Below are positions 37,532 through 44,790 of a DNA stretch of 44,790 nucleotides, in pieces. Numbering within the stretch: position 1 is the stretch's first letter; the number at the start of each line of letters is the position of its first letter. Both the position numbers and the translations under genes were made by a program. Location of the stretch: positions 1 through 44,790 of the IMG/VR virus record IMGVR_UViG_3300025000_000029. One strand, 5' to 3'. This DNA comes from a virus (taxonomy: Duplodnaviria; Caudoviricetes). The notes beneath the pieces were generated by a model, which saw only the letters and a list, made by a program, of their open reading frames with translations, had not been told where the DNA came from and did no database searches.

Positions 37532-37834
37532 ATGTCATGTGAATATTGTAATAACAAATCAGGATTGACAGACCATAGGGGTAATTGTATTTCATGTGGT
37601 GCGCCAGTATCAACAGCAAGACTACATACATCCGGGATAATGACAAAGGAAGAAGCGCGAGAAAGATTTTTGGATATGGCACCAAACCCATTTGCTTATT
37701 TGACTTATGCGTGTGACACCGCAGGCACACCGCTCAATGATTATGAAACGCTGACGGTAAGAGGTGCGATTGATTGGGACTCACCAGGCGGTATGATTAC
37801 GTTAAGAAAAGGAGATGATATGAAAATCATTTGA
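37532..37834 (+). CDS. Zinc-ribbon protein
   Basis: GAGG RBS; CEYC...D.RGNCISCGAP. Confidence 0.65.
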   Translation: MSCEYCNNKSGLTDHRGNCISCGAPVSTARLHTSGIMTKEEARERFLDMAPNPFAYLTYACDTAGTPLNDYETLTVRGAIDWDSPGGMITLRKGDDMKII

Positions 37835-37855
37835 TTACCAACAGGCAACTAATCT

Positions 37856-37925
37856 ATTGACTGACATGCTATAATAACAATAAGGCGAATGACCGGGAGT
37901 AGTATCTTCCGGTCATTTATTTTTA
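37856..37925 (+). promoter_or_regulatory. Late promoter plus leader terminator with GGCGAATGACCG box
   Basis: ATTGAC-N8-TATAAT; stem AATGACCGGGAG/CTTCCGGTCATT plus T-tract. Confidence 0.75.
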
Positions 37926-37947
37926 ACATGCAAAAGGAGCAGAACTC

Positions 37948-38193
37948 ATGTCAATTTTACAATCATTATTACACTCACGGAAATTTTGGTTAGCGGTATT
38001 TGGTATCGTCCAGGCTTTGGTACTCAATTACTTTCAAGTACCAGAGGATATTTGGCAGTCCGTTGTTGGGCTTGTCATGGTGCTGATCGCTGGTATTGCA
38101 ATCGAAGATGCAGGCGAGAAGTCAGGTAATGCAATCCATATTCACCAACAACCGCAGGATGTTGAAGAAGCATTAAAAGAACATCAAGGATAA
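37948..38193 (+). CDS. Holin
   Basis: SRKFWLAV motif, two TM helices, charged tail. Confidence 0.75.
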   Translation: MSILQSLLHSRKFWLAVFGIVQALVLNYFQVPEDIWQSVVGLVMVLIAGIAIEDAGEKSGNAIHIHQQPQDVEEALKEHQG

Positions 38194-38199
38194 CAGCAC

Positions 38200-38613
38200 A
38201 TGGAAGCAATCATCACAGCAATAATTGGATTAGTAGGTGGTGGAATAGGGGCTGCAATTGTAAACGGGATTTTTTCAAGGCGTAAAGAAAAAGCTACGGC
38301 TTTACAAATTGATACCACGACAAAGCAGATTGAGAACACGACAACCAGGTCGAGCGGTGACGCGTGGAAAGAGTTTGCCGAGAAGATGGAACAACGGGAA
38401 AAAGACATGGACAACCGCGTTAAATGTTTGGAAGCTGAACAAGAGCAAACCAAAAAAGATCAGGCAAAAACTGATAGAAAGCTCACCAGATATGGCAAGC
38501 GGATTGTTGAGTTAACCGAAGGATTACAAAAGTTGATTGAACAGATTGTCGGGTTAGGACATACGCCCTGTTATACACCAACAGAGTGGAGTCCAGATAA
38601 AGATGAAGATTAG
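38200..38613 (+). CDS. Holin-like membrane protein (N-terminal TM + coiled coil)
   Basis: AIITAIIGLVGGGIGAAIV followed by coiled coil. Confidence 0.6.
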   Translation: MEAIITAIIGLVGGGIGAAIVNGIFSRRKEKATALQIDTTTKQIENTTTRSSGDAWKEFAEKMEQREKDMDNRVKCLEAEQEQTKKDQAKTDRKLTRYGKRIVELTEGLQKLIEQIVGLGHTPCYTPTEWSPDKDED

Positions 38614-38625
38614 GGTGCAACAAAA

Positions 38626-39039
38626 ATGAAACAAAAACCAATGGTGTGGACGAAGCAAAATAACGAGATTGCTTTGCTACTTGCACAAGGATACACGGAA
38701 ACCGAAGTGTCTAAGCGCGTTGGAGTCAATAGATCAACTGTATCAAGACGTAAAAATGATCCTGAATTTATGATGGAAGTTGACAAACTTGCATTGATGG
38801 TAGGGGTTGCGAGCAGGGCAGAACGATTGAAGATTGTTAACACTGTCTTACGTCAAAAGATACAGGATGAAATTGCAAAGACCGACAAGGATTTACTTGA
38901 CTGGTTGAAGTATGCACAATCAGAAACAGACGGTATCAAACTCAATCTCGTTGGAAACCTTGCCTCCATCCTTACGAATGATCCATCTTTGGCCGGAAGC
39001 GGACAAACAGGAACTATTAGCGAGGACGGGGAAGAATAA
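38626..39039 (+). CDS. terS: Terminase small subunit (HTH)
   Basis: N-terminal HTH (EVSKRVGVNRSTVSR..NDPEF) directly upstream of terL. Confidence 0.75.
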   Translation: MKQKPMVWTKQNNEIALLLAQGYTETEVSKRVGVNRSTVSRRKNDPEFMMEVDKLALMVGVASRAERLKIVNTVLRQKIQDEIAKTDKDLLDWLKYAQSETDGIKLNLVGNLASILTNDPSLAGSGQTGTISEDGEE

Positions 39040-39706
39040 AAAGAAACCAATAGAGATTTGGCAACCACAAAGAAAGCAGGCAACAGCATTAAAGATGTTG
39101 GGCTTGCTTGATGCGTTATATGGGGGCGAGGTATCTCCGTCATTGGCTGAACGTAATGGGTATGGTGGTGCAGCAGGTGGAGGAAAGACAGACCTTATCG
39201 TTGGGGTTGGGTTGATTGCTTGTATGACTATTCCAAGTGTTAAGGTTGGAGTGTTTCGGCGTACTTATCCAGAACTCGAAGGAGCGGACGGACCCATAGA
39301 AAGATCATTGAGTTTATACCCACAGGCAGGCGCGAAGTATAACGCAAGCAAACACGTGTGGACATTCCCGGATATATCAACTGGTATTGTTGGATCACTT
39401 GATGGGAAAGATGATGAGGGAGAGGACTGGTTGAGAACATCCGCGCCAGCATTGCGATTCTGTCAGGTCCCGAACGACAAGGACAAACACAAATATCAAT
39501 CATGGGCTTTCGATGTATTGATGATCGATGAAGCAACAAACTTTCCGTGGGGAATTGTAGATTATTTATTGACACGTAACCGCAAGTCCAGGAACTCAAA
39601 GATACCCGTACCATTCAGTTTGTTTTCAGCGAATCCGGGAATGATAGGTCACATGTGGTACAGGAAACAGTTTGGCATTTACGGGGAGTTATATCATGGC
39701 AACTAA
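38951..39706 (+). CDS. terL: Terminase large subunit, ATPase part (start uncertain, 38912-38978)
   Basis: WQPQ.KQ, Walker A GGAAGGGKT, Walker B LMIDEA, motif III SANPG. Confidence 0.88.
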   Translation: METLPPSLRMIHLWPEADKQELLARTGKNKKKPIEIWQPQRKQATALKMLGLLDALYGGEVSPSLAERNGYGGAAGGGKTDLIVGVGLIACMTIPSVKVGVFRRTYPELEGADGPIERSLSLYPQAGAKYNASKHVWTFPDISTGIVGSLDGKDDEGEDWLRTSAPALRFCQVPNDKDKHKYQSWAFDVLMIDEATNFPWGIVDYLLTRNRKSRNSKIPVPFSLFSANPGMIGHMWYRKQFGIYGELYHGN

Positions 39707-40553
39707 TACCTTGATTGATTGGCGAACCGTTGACCTTGAAATGCCAGAGGTAAAGAACGTTGAGAACCCGAACGCCATACAGGAACGGACGATATTCTTA
39801 CCATCGTTTCTCGAAGATAACCCAGCATTGACAGGCCGTGATCCGGGATATGAACAACGATTGATGAAGCGTGACCCGAAGATTGCGCAGGCTTTACGCT
39901 TTGGTAATTGGGATGTATTTGCAGGGCAGATGTTCTCACAGTTCAGCCGGGCAAGGCATGTGATTACACCATTTGAGATACCGCTTACGTGGTCACGATT
40001 ACGCGCAATAGATTGGGGATTTGCTGATCCGTTTGCTTGCTATTTTATCGCGATCAATCCAGCCAATAAGCAGCGCATTGTTTACAAAGAAATATATAAG
40101 TCCGGCTTATCTGATCCAGCACAAGCGGAAATGGTCAGGTCATACGAACAGATAGGGGAATCATTTGGATTCAACTTTGCTGATCCATCCATGTGGACAC
40201 GGCGCACAACTGAAATGGTTGCAAAGAGTACATACGATGTTTATATAGAGCATGGGGTATTGCTCACGAAAGCAGACAATGACAACCGTTCAAAGATTGC
40301 AAAGACTCACTCAATATTGGCAGATCAATGGTACGGACAACCAGGCGTATTGATATTCAACACCGTAACAAATTTGATAAACACATTGGGCGCATTGGTA
40401 AGAGACGAGAACAACCCGGAAATGATTAAGGATGGTCAAGAAGATCACGCATGGGACGCGTTTGCATACTCCCTTACCAATTGGTCAGATGATAAACCGA
40501 AACAAACACAGGAACAGAAACCCAACCCATTCACGAAGATGAAAGGATTATAA
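39696..40553 (+). CDS. terL: Terminase large subunit, lid + RNase H-like nuclease part
   Basis: GGGGAG RBS; FLPSFLEDNP, G.WD, AIDWG, ADPS, EDHAWDA..Y. Confidence 0.88.
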   Translation: MATNTLIDWRTVDLEMPEVKNVENPNAIQERTIFLPSFLEDNPALTGRDPGYEQRLMKRDPKIAQALRFGNWDVFAGQMFSQFSRARHVITPFEIPLTWSRLRAIDWGFADPFACYFIAINPANKQRIVYKEIYKSGLSDPAQAEMVRSYEQIGESFGFNFADPSMWTRRTTEMVAKSTYDVYIEHGVLLTKADNDNRSKIAKTHSILADQWYGQPGVLIFNTVTNLINTLGALVRDENNPEMIKDGQEDHAWDAFAYSLTNWSDDKPKQTQEQKPNPFTKMKGL

Positions 40554-40555
40554 GG

Positions 40556-42361
40556 ATGGCAGAAACTAAAAATAATTTTGATGATATTCGAGCAAAGGCA
40601 ATGTCTATCAAGGACGGCTTTGGTGAACGTGATGCACTGTATGAGGATGTTGACGAAGCATACCTACTCAAAGAGGTTGACCTACCATCCTACGCATGGA
40701 TCAAGAAAACAATCTCACCCGATGCCAGGAACAAAACGATTGGAGCAGTACGCTTATTGACTGCTGCTGATCCGAAGTGGAAAGTACCACGCGATAAGAA
40801 TAAAGACAGCCTTGATGAAGAAGTTGCAAGCAATGTTGAGAAGGCAGCGGAGATGATATGGAACCATGCCGGAAAGATGCGCAAACAACCAATACATTAC
40901 ACCGCAACCCTATCCGCAATGTTGTATGGACAGATTGATATTGCAATAGCGGACATGAGAGAGGTCTTAAAGGATGAAAAGAACCCCGTACGCAAGCGCA
41001 GGATGGAACGATTGGCTAACAGGTCTCCATTACATTTCGAGGTCTTATCTCCACGAACTTGTTACCCGATATATGACGCGTTCGGGTTGGCTTCACACTT
41101 CACATACAGGGAAATGAAAGTGATTGACGTAATATCCAGGTGGGGAAGTTTGGCAGAGGAACAGCTTGCGAGTAAGAAGAAAACAGAAGTGGTCAACTAC
41201 TGTGAATATTGGGATGATGAAATTCACGCGGTATGGATTGACGGACAGAAAGAACCATTGGCGTTTAAGCCGCATGAATTACCCGTGATTCCCATTGCCA
41301 GCGCGATCATTGAAGGTGGGGAATTGTTTGAAGAACCAGAATACCAGCGACAACCATTCCTTTATACCATGCTGAAATCACACTTACATGAAAGACAATC
41401 GCTCATGCTGACACTGATGTACTCGAATGTATTCAGCACAGGCGCGAACCCGACACAGGTATATAAGACTAATGACATAAGCAAGAGCCTTGATGTTGAT
41501 TACGAAGTACCCGGAGGACTTGTAAAGATATTACCAAACGAGGACTTAAGACCAATGGAGAAGCAGGTCATTGATCCAGCATTACGCGAGTTGTACCAGG
41601 TTGCAGAGAATAAAGCGGATGAAAGCACGATGTATAGCCAGACATTAGGTGAACCGTTAGGCGGTAATGCTCCCTTCTCAATGGTCAGTTTACTATCACA
41701 GGCAGGACGATTGCCATTAGTACCATACCAGAGAATGTTATCAGCGGTAATCAGTGATGCAATGATTACAGGGTTGGACTTACTACGACATAACGGCGGT
41801 GGTAAGTTTGCCGTTGGTCCAGCAGATACAGGAATTGAACTGGATTTATCCGAAGTACCAGAGGACATTGAGATTACAGCTTCACTAGAGATTGACTTAC
41901 CACAGGATGAATTTACACAGGCCAGAATTGCAATGGAAGTTGTAAAGAGTGGACTTGTCAGCAAGGAAAGAGCAAGAGATAAGTATTTGGGTATCGGTCA
42001 ATCGGATGACGAAGATCGACAGATATGGAATGAAAGATACATGGACACCTTATCACAGGCAGAGTTCCAGAAACAGGTAATGCAAATGCAGATGCAGGCA
42101 CAACAACAGCAACAACAAGCAGCAATGCAACCGGGTCAACCAGGTATGCAACAACCAGGAATGGAAGGGCAGATGACACCTGAAATGATGGCGCAATTAC
42201 AGCAAATGCAGGGTCAACAGATGGGACAACAACAGGGTATGCCGCCAGAAATGATGGCAGGTATGCAGTCGGCACAGGAAGGATTACCCATGCAAATGCC
42301 AATGCAACCAGGTATGAACCCCGAAGAAGGACTACCGCCAGAGATGCAAGGAGGTATGTAG
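40556..42361 (+). CDS. Portal protein
   Basis: 601 aa directly after terL; M/Q/P/G-rich C-terminal tail as in podovirus-type portals. Confidence 0.8.
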   Translation: MAETKNNFDDIRAKAMSIKDGFGERDALYEDVDEAYLLKEVDLPSYAWIKKTISPDARNKTIGAVRLLTAADPKWKVPRDKNKDSLDEEVASNVEKAAEMIWNHAGKMRKQPIHYTATLSAMLYGQIDIAIADMREVLKDEKNPVRKRRMERLANRSPLHFEVLSPRTCYPIYDAFGLASHFTYREMKVIDVISRWGSLAEEQLASKKKTEVVNYCEYWDDEIHAVWIDGQKEPLAFKPHELPVIPIASAIIEGGELFEEPEYQRQPFLYTMLKSHLHERQSLMLTLMYSNVFSTGANPTQVYKTNDISKSLDVDYEVPGGLVKILPNEDLRPMEKQVIDPALRELYQVAENKADESTMYSQTLGEPLGGNAPFSMVSLLSQAGRLPLVPYQRMLSAVISDAMITGLDLLRHNGGGKFAVGPADTGIELDLSEVPEDIEITASLEIDLPQDEFTQARIAMEVVKSGLVSKERARDKYLGIGQSDDEDRQIWNERYMDTLSQAEFQKQVMQMQMQAQQQQQQAAMQPGQPGMQQPGMEGQMTPEMMAQLQQMQGQQMGQQQGMPPEMMAGMQSAQEGLPMQMPMQPGMNPEEGLPPEMQGGM

Positions 42362-42577
42362 ATGCTCAACATCCTTGACCTTGATGACGTAATGATGAAC
42401 GGTAAAGCAAAACTTGACAGTTACAAGCGTGACTTTGAGAAGCAATACTACGCGCCACTTGTTGAAATGCAGATGGCTGAAATGTGGCAGAACATGCCGG
42501 ATGAAATAAAACTCCAATTACGCCAGGAAAACAAACAGGCGTTCAACCGATTAGACAAGAAGTTAGGAGGTACATAA
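42362..42577 (+). CDS. Hypothetical protein
   Basis: AGGAGG RBS; coupled. Confidence 0.7.
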   Translation: MLNILDLDDVMMNGKAKLDSYKRDFEKQYYAPLVEMQMAEMWQNMPDEIKLQLRQENKQAFNRLDKKLGGT

Positions 42578-43389
42578 TGGCAATACTACTTGATGGATTA
42601 CAGAAGGTTACATACAAAGCGCCAAAAGCAGCGACAACTCCGGTACGGTACAAATCCGCAACGTCAATGCTGAATAAGACACAGCAGGCCAGCGCGAACA
42701 GATACCAGGCGCAGGCAGATCAGGCGAAACAATCAAAGCAGGTACAAAGACCGCCAACACCAACAGCAGCACAGAAAGAAATGCAAAGCTGGTATGGTCA
42801 GGGAGTGAACGCGCAGAACGCTTATGCACAGAGTTTACAGGCGCAGGCGAATATGTACAAGCAGGGCAATACAAAACCAACAACGCAACAGCAGGGAGGA
42901 ACTACGCCAGGTGGAGCAAGTTGGTCAATGGGATTACCAAACTACAAACCCGCGCCAGATTACCGAGAGAAGTATGCAGATATTCTTATGTCGCAGGATG
43001 AGTATATCAAGCGTATGAATACATGGAATAAGATGTACCAATCAGGGTACAAGAGTTGGATTGATCGAGCAGCGCAAACACCTAACCAGGCACATGATGT
43101 ATTCAGCCAATGGTATCAGAACAACCCGAAGCCAGCAGGTTTCCTTGCAACCTATGACGAATGGGCTAAACGAAATGCAGCAGCACCAGCAGGGTATATG
43201 TGGCAGCCATTCGGAACAGGGTATGCAAAGCTGAATACAGCACCAACACCAACAAACACGCCAACCGATTATAGTGGTGGTGGATATGCAAGTAATTATC
43301 CTAACTACTCCGGTGGTGGCGGTGGTGGTGGTGGATATACACCTAAACCCCCTGAATGGTGGGTTGAAATGGTGCAATGGAGAATCTAA
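42577..43389 (+). CDS. Putative internal virion/ejection protein
   Basis: Q/A/G/Y-rich low complexity; AGGAGG RBS; precedes the giant protein. Confidence 0.55.
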   Translation: MAILLDGLQKVTYKAPKAATTPVRYKSATSMLNKTQQASANRYQAQADQAKQSKQVQRPPTPTAAQKEMQSWYGQGVNAQNAYAQSLQAQANMYKQGNTKPTTQQQGGTTPGGASWSMGLPNYKPAPDYREKYADILMSQDEYIKRMNTWNKMYQSGYKSWIDRAAQTPNQAHDVFSQWYQNNPKPAGFLATYDEWAKRNAAAPAGYMWQPFGTGYAKLNTAPTPTNTPTDYSGGGYASNYPNYSGGGGGGGGYTPKPPEWWVEMVQWRI

Positions 43390-43415
43390 TCAAACTAAAC
43401 CTATAAGGCGGTAAC

Positions 43416-44790
43416 ATGGCATACGACCCGAATAAACTTATCCCGAACTCACCAGAGCCGGAACCTGATCGTTGGGCTTCTGACCTGATACAACCAACCG
43501 AACCAACAGTAAAGACAAATGTTGTGCAGCGTTCACCTACCGCACAATTACAGGAACTATCTAATGGTAGATGGATACCGAACGCAACGCCACAACTTGA
43601 CAAGGCAGCAGGTACAGCGCCATCCTATTGGAGTGATCCGCGCAGGATTGGCCGATACTATCACGCAATCCAGGCATTACCGGATGATTCCTTTATACCT
43701 GAATGGATTGACAGACAGGGAATTGAATCCGCATTTAACTACCTGAAAGAAACAAGAGAGGGATCATGGGAAACATGGGATAACGTGACCGATGATGACC
43801 CGTTGAATATCATCATCAAAGATATGCCAGTACCCCCACCTAACTTCATGCCATTATGGGAGCAGGAGTTATTACGCAAGCGCAGCGAACAGAACAAACT
43901 ATATAAGGGCGATCAATTAACCGGATACCAACCCGATCCGACAGTACGCGACACGGAAGCAATTGGAATAGGTCAGGATGTATGGGAACAATTACCAGCA
44001 TGGAAGAAGGCAGCCAATCAGATCATGCCAGTTATCAGCACAGCAATGCCAGGATTAGGCGGCGCGATCATTGGTGGAACAATTGGCGGTCCCGTTGGTG
44101 CAATACTTGGCGCAGGTGGAATGATAGGCGGTGCAAAATACGCAGAGAAAAACCCCGATAGTATTGTAGCAAAATTATTCCTTGCGTTGAATTGGCCAGC
44201 GGAACAGGTTGAAAAGGTTGCAGGACTTGAAGCACAGATAATCTATTCATTGGTTGACCCGGATAAGTACGGCGAGGTAAAAGATTTATTTGGATCATGG
44301 GAAAACTTTGTTGCAACTTATAAAGCAGGCGCGTTATTCTATGAATCACTTGCAGCAGGACAACAGATTGTAGATGATCGCAACGTACGCGAGGAAGCAA
44401 GGGTATTCGGTGGCACGCTCAATGAATATATGTCAACTTGGATTGACTCACCAGGCGAAGTAGAACCAAACCGCGTAATTGTTGGTCACGACATTACCAG
44501 CACAGAAGATATTATTACCGAAGTACCGGATCAGAAACTTGCAAACGCATGGGTAATGCAGGAAGCAAGAAGCAGAATACTCAAAGGCGAAAGTCCGAAA
44601 GAAGTTTACTTTAGCCTTGCTCAAAACTTTGGATTCTTGGGAAGCACGAAAGAACTTGTTGGCAATGTATTGCTTGATCCGCTTGACCTTATTGGACCCG
44701 TTGGTAATGTTGCAATGGGGAAGGTTGGCAAGGTAACAGGTAACACAGCAATGCTTGATGCTTTCGGATTCGATAACGCAGGTAAGAGTA
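43416..44790 (+). CDS. N-terminal part of giant polyvalent/ejection protein; continues across the junction into 1..9009
   Basis: ATG at 43416 after AAGGCGG. I translated it open to the contig end (MAYDPNKLIP...). It is in frame with ORF 7..9009 (44670-43416=1254 nt, 418 codons) and has a glycine-zipper-like GLGGAIIGGTIGGPVGAILGAGG segment. Confidence 0.9.
   Translation, partial: MAYDPNKLIPNSPEPEPDRWASDLIQPTEPTVKTNVVQRSPTAQLQELSNGRWIPNATPQLDKAAGTAPSYWSDPRRIGRYYHAIQALPDDSFIPEWIDRQGIESAFNYLKETREGSWETWDNVTDDDPLNIIIKDMPVPPPNFMPLWEQELLRKRSEQNKLYKGDQLTGYQPDPTVRDTEAIGIGQDVWEQLPAWKKAANQIMPVISTAMPGLGGAIIGGTIGGPVGAILGAGGMIGGAKYAEKNPDSIVAKLFLALNWPAEQVEKVAGLEAQIIYSLVDPDKYGEVKDLFGSWENFVATYKAGALFYESLAAGQQIVDDRNVREEARVFGGTLNEYMSTWIDSPGEVEPNRVIVGHDITSTEDIITEVPDQKLANAWVMQEARSRILKGESPKEVYFSLAQNFGFLGSTKELVGNVLLDPLDLIGPVGNVAMGKVGKVTGNTAMLDAFGFDNAGKS
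44664..44790. repeat. Terminal direct repeat, copy 2
   Basis: Identical to 1-127. Confidence 0.95.

Noticed and set aside
39660-39710. Intron or intein interrupting terL
   Set aside because: The two halves overlap with no intervening sequence or splicing motifs
44664-44790. 127-bp terminal repeat as a biological DTR
   Set aside because: It falls mid-gene and equals a standard assembler k-mer, so it indicates circularity only
1-44790. Alternative genetic code
   Set aside because: Genes are full-length and tightly packed under the standard code, with TAA, TGA and TAG all used as stops

Overview
This window is the complete circular genome of a temperate tailed dsDNA phage, about 44,663 bp. 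The last 127 nt repeat the first 127 nt, most likely an assembly overlap. The layout is podovirus-like, with no tape measure or sheath. Late region: holins, TerS, a TerL split into two genes, portal and ejection proteins, including a ~3,418-aa polyvalent protein that spans the contig junction. These are followed by scaffold, major capsid, decoration protein, a glycosyltransferase/membrane-protein cassette, CBM/SGNH proteins, adaptor, nozzle, GH25 endolysin and a metallophosphoesterase. Lysogeny module (minus strand): tyrosine integrase, a near-complete tRNA-Gly(TCC) that probably carries attP, small membrane proteins and an XRE repressor. Early region: RHH/Cro-like protein, RecT, two Lar-like proteins, replication initiator plus DnaC-like loader, three DNA methyltransferases, DUF1064 and a DUF2292-like small protein. 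The most notable unexplained elements are (i) a ~300-nt, highly structured, terminator-bounded minus-strand ncRNA beside the integrase that I cannot assign to a known family, and (ii) two late-operon leaders sharing an odd promoter layout and an identical 12-nt box (GGCGAATGACCG) fused to an intrinsic terminator, a candidate antitermination system possibly driven by the DUF2292-like protein. The host is unknown. A monoderm (no spanins seen), possibly Chloroflexota, is inference only. All family assignments are by eye from motifs; no searches were run.
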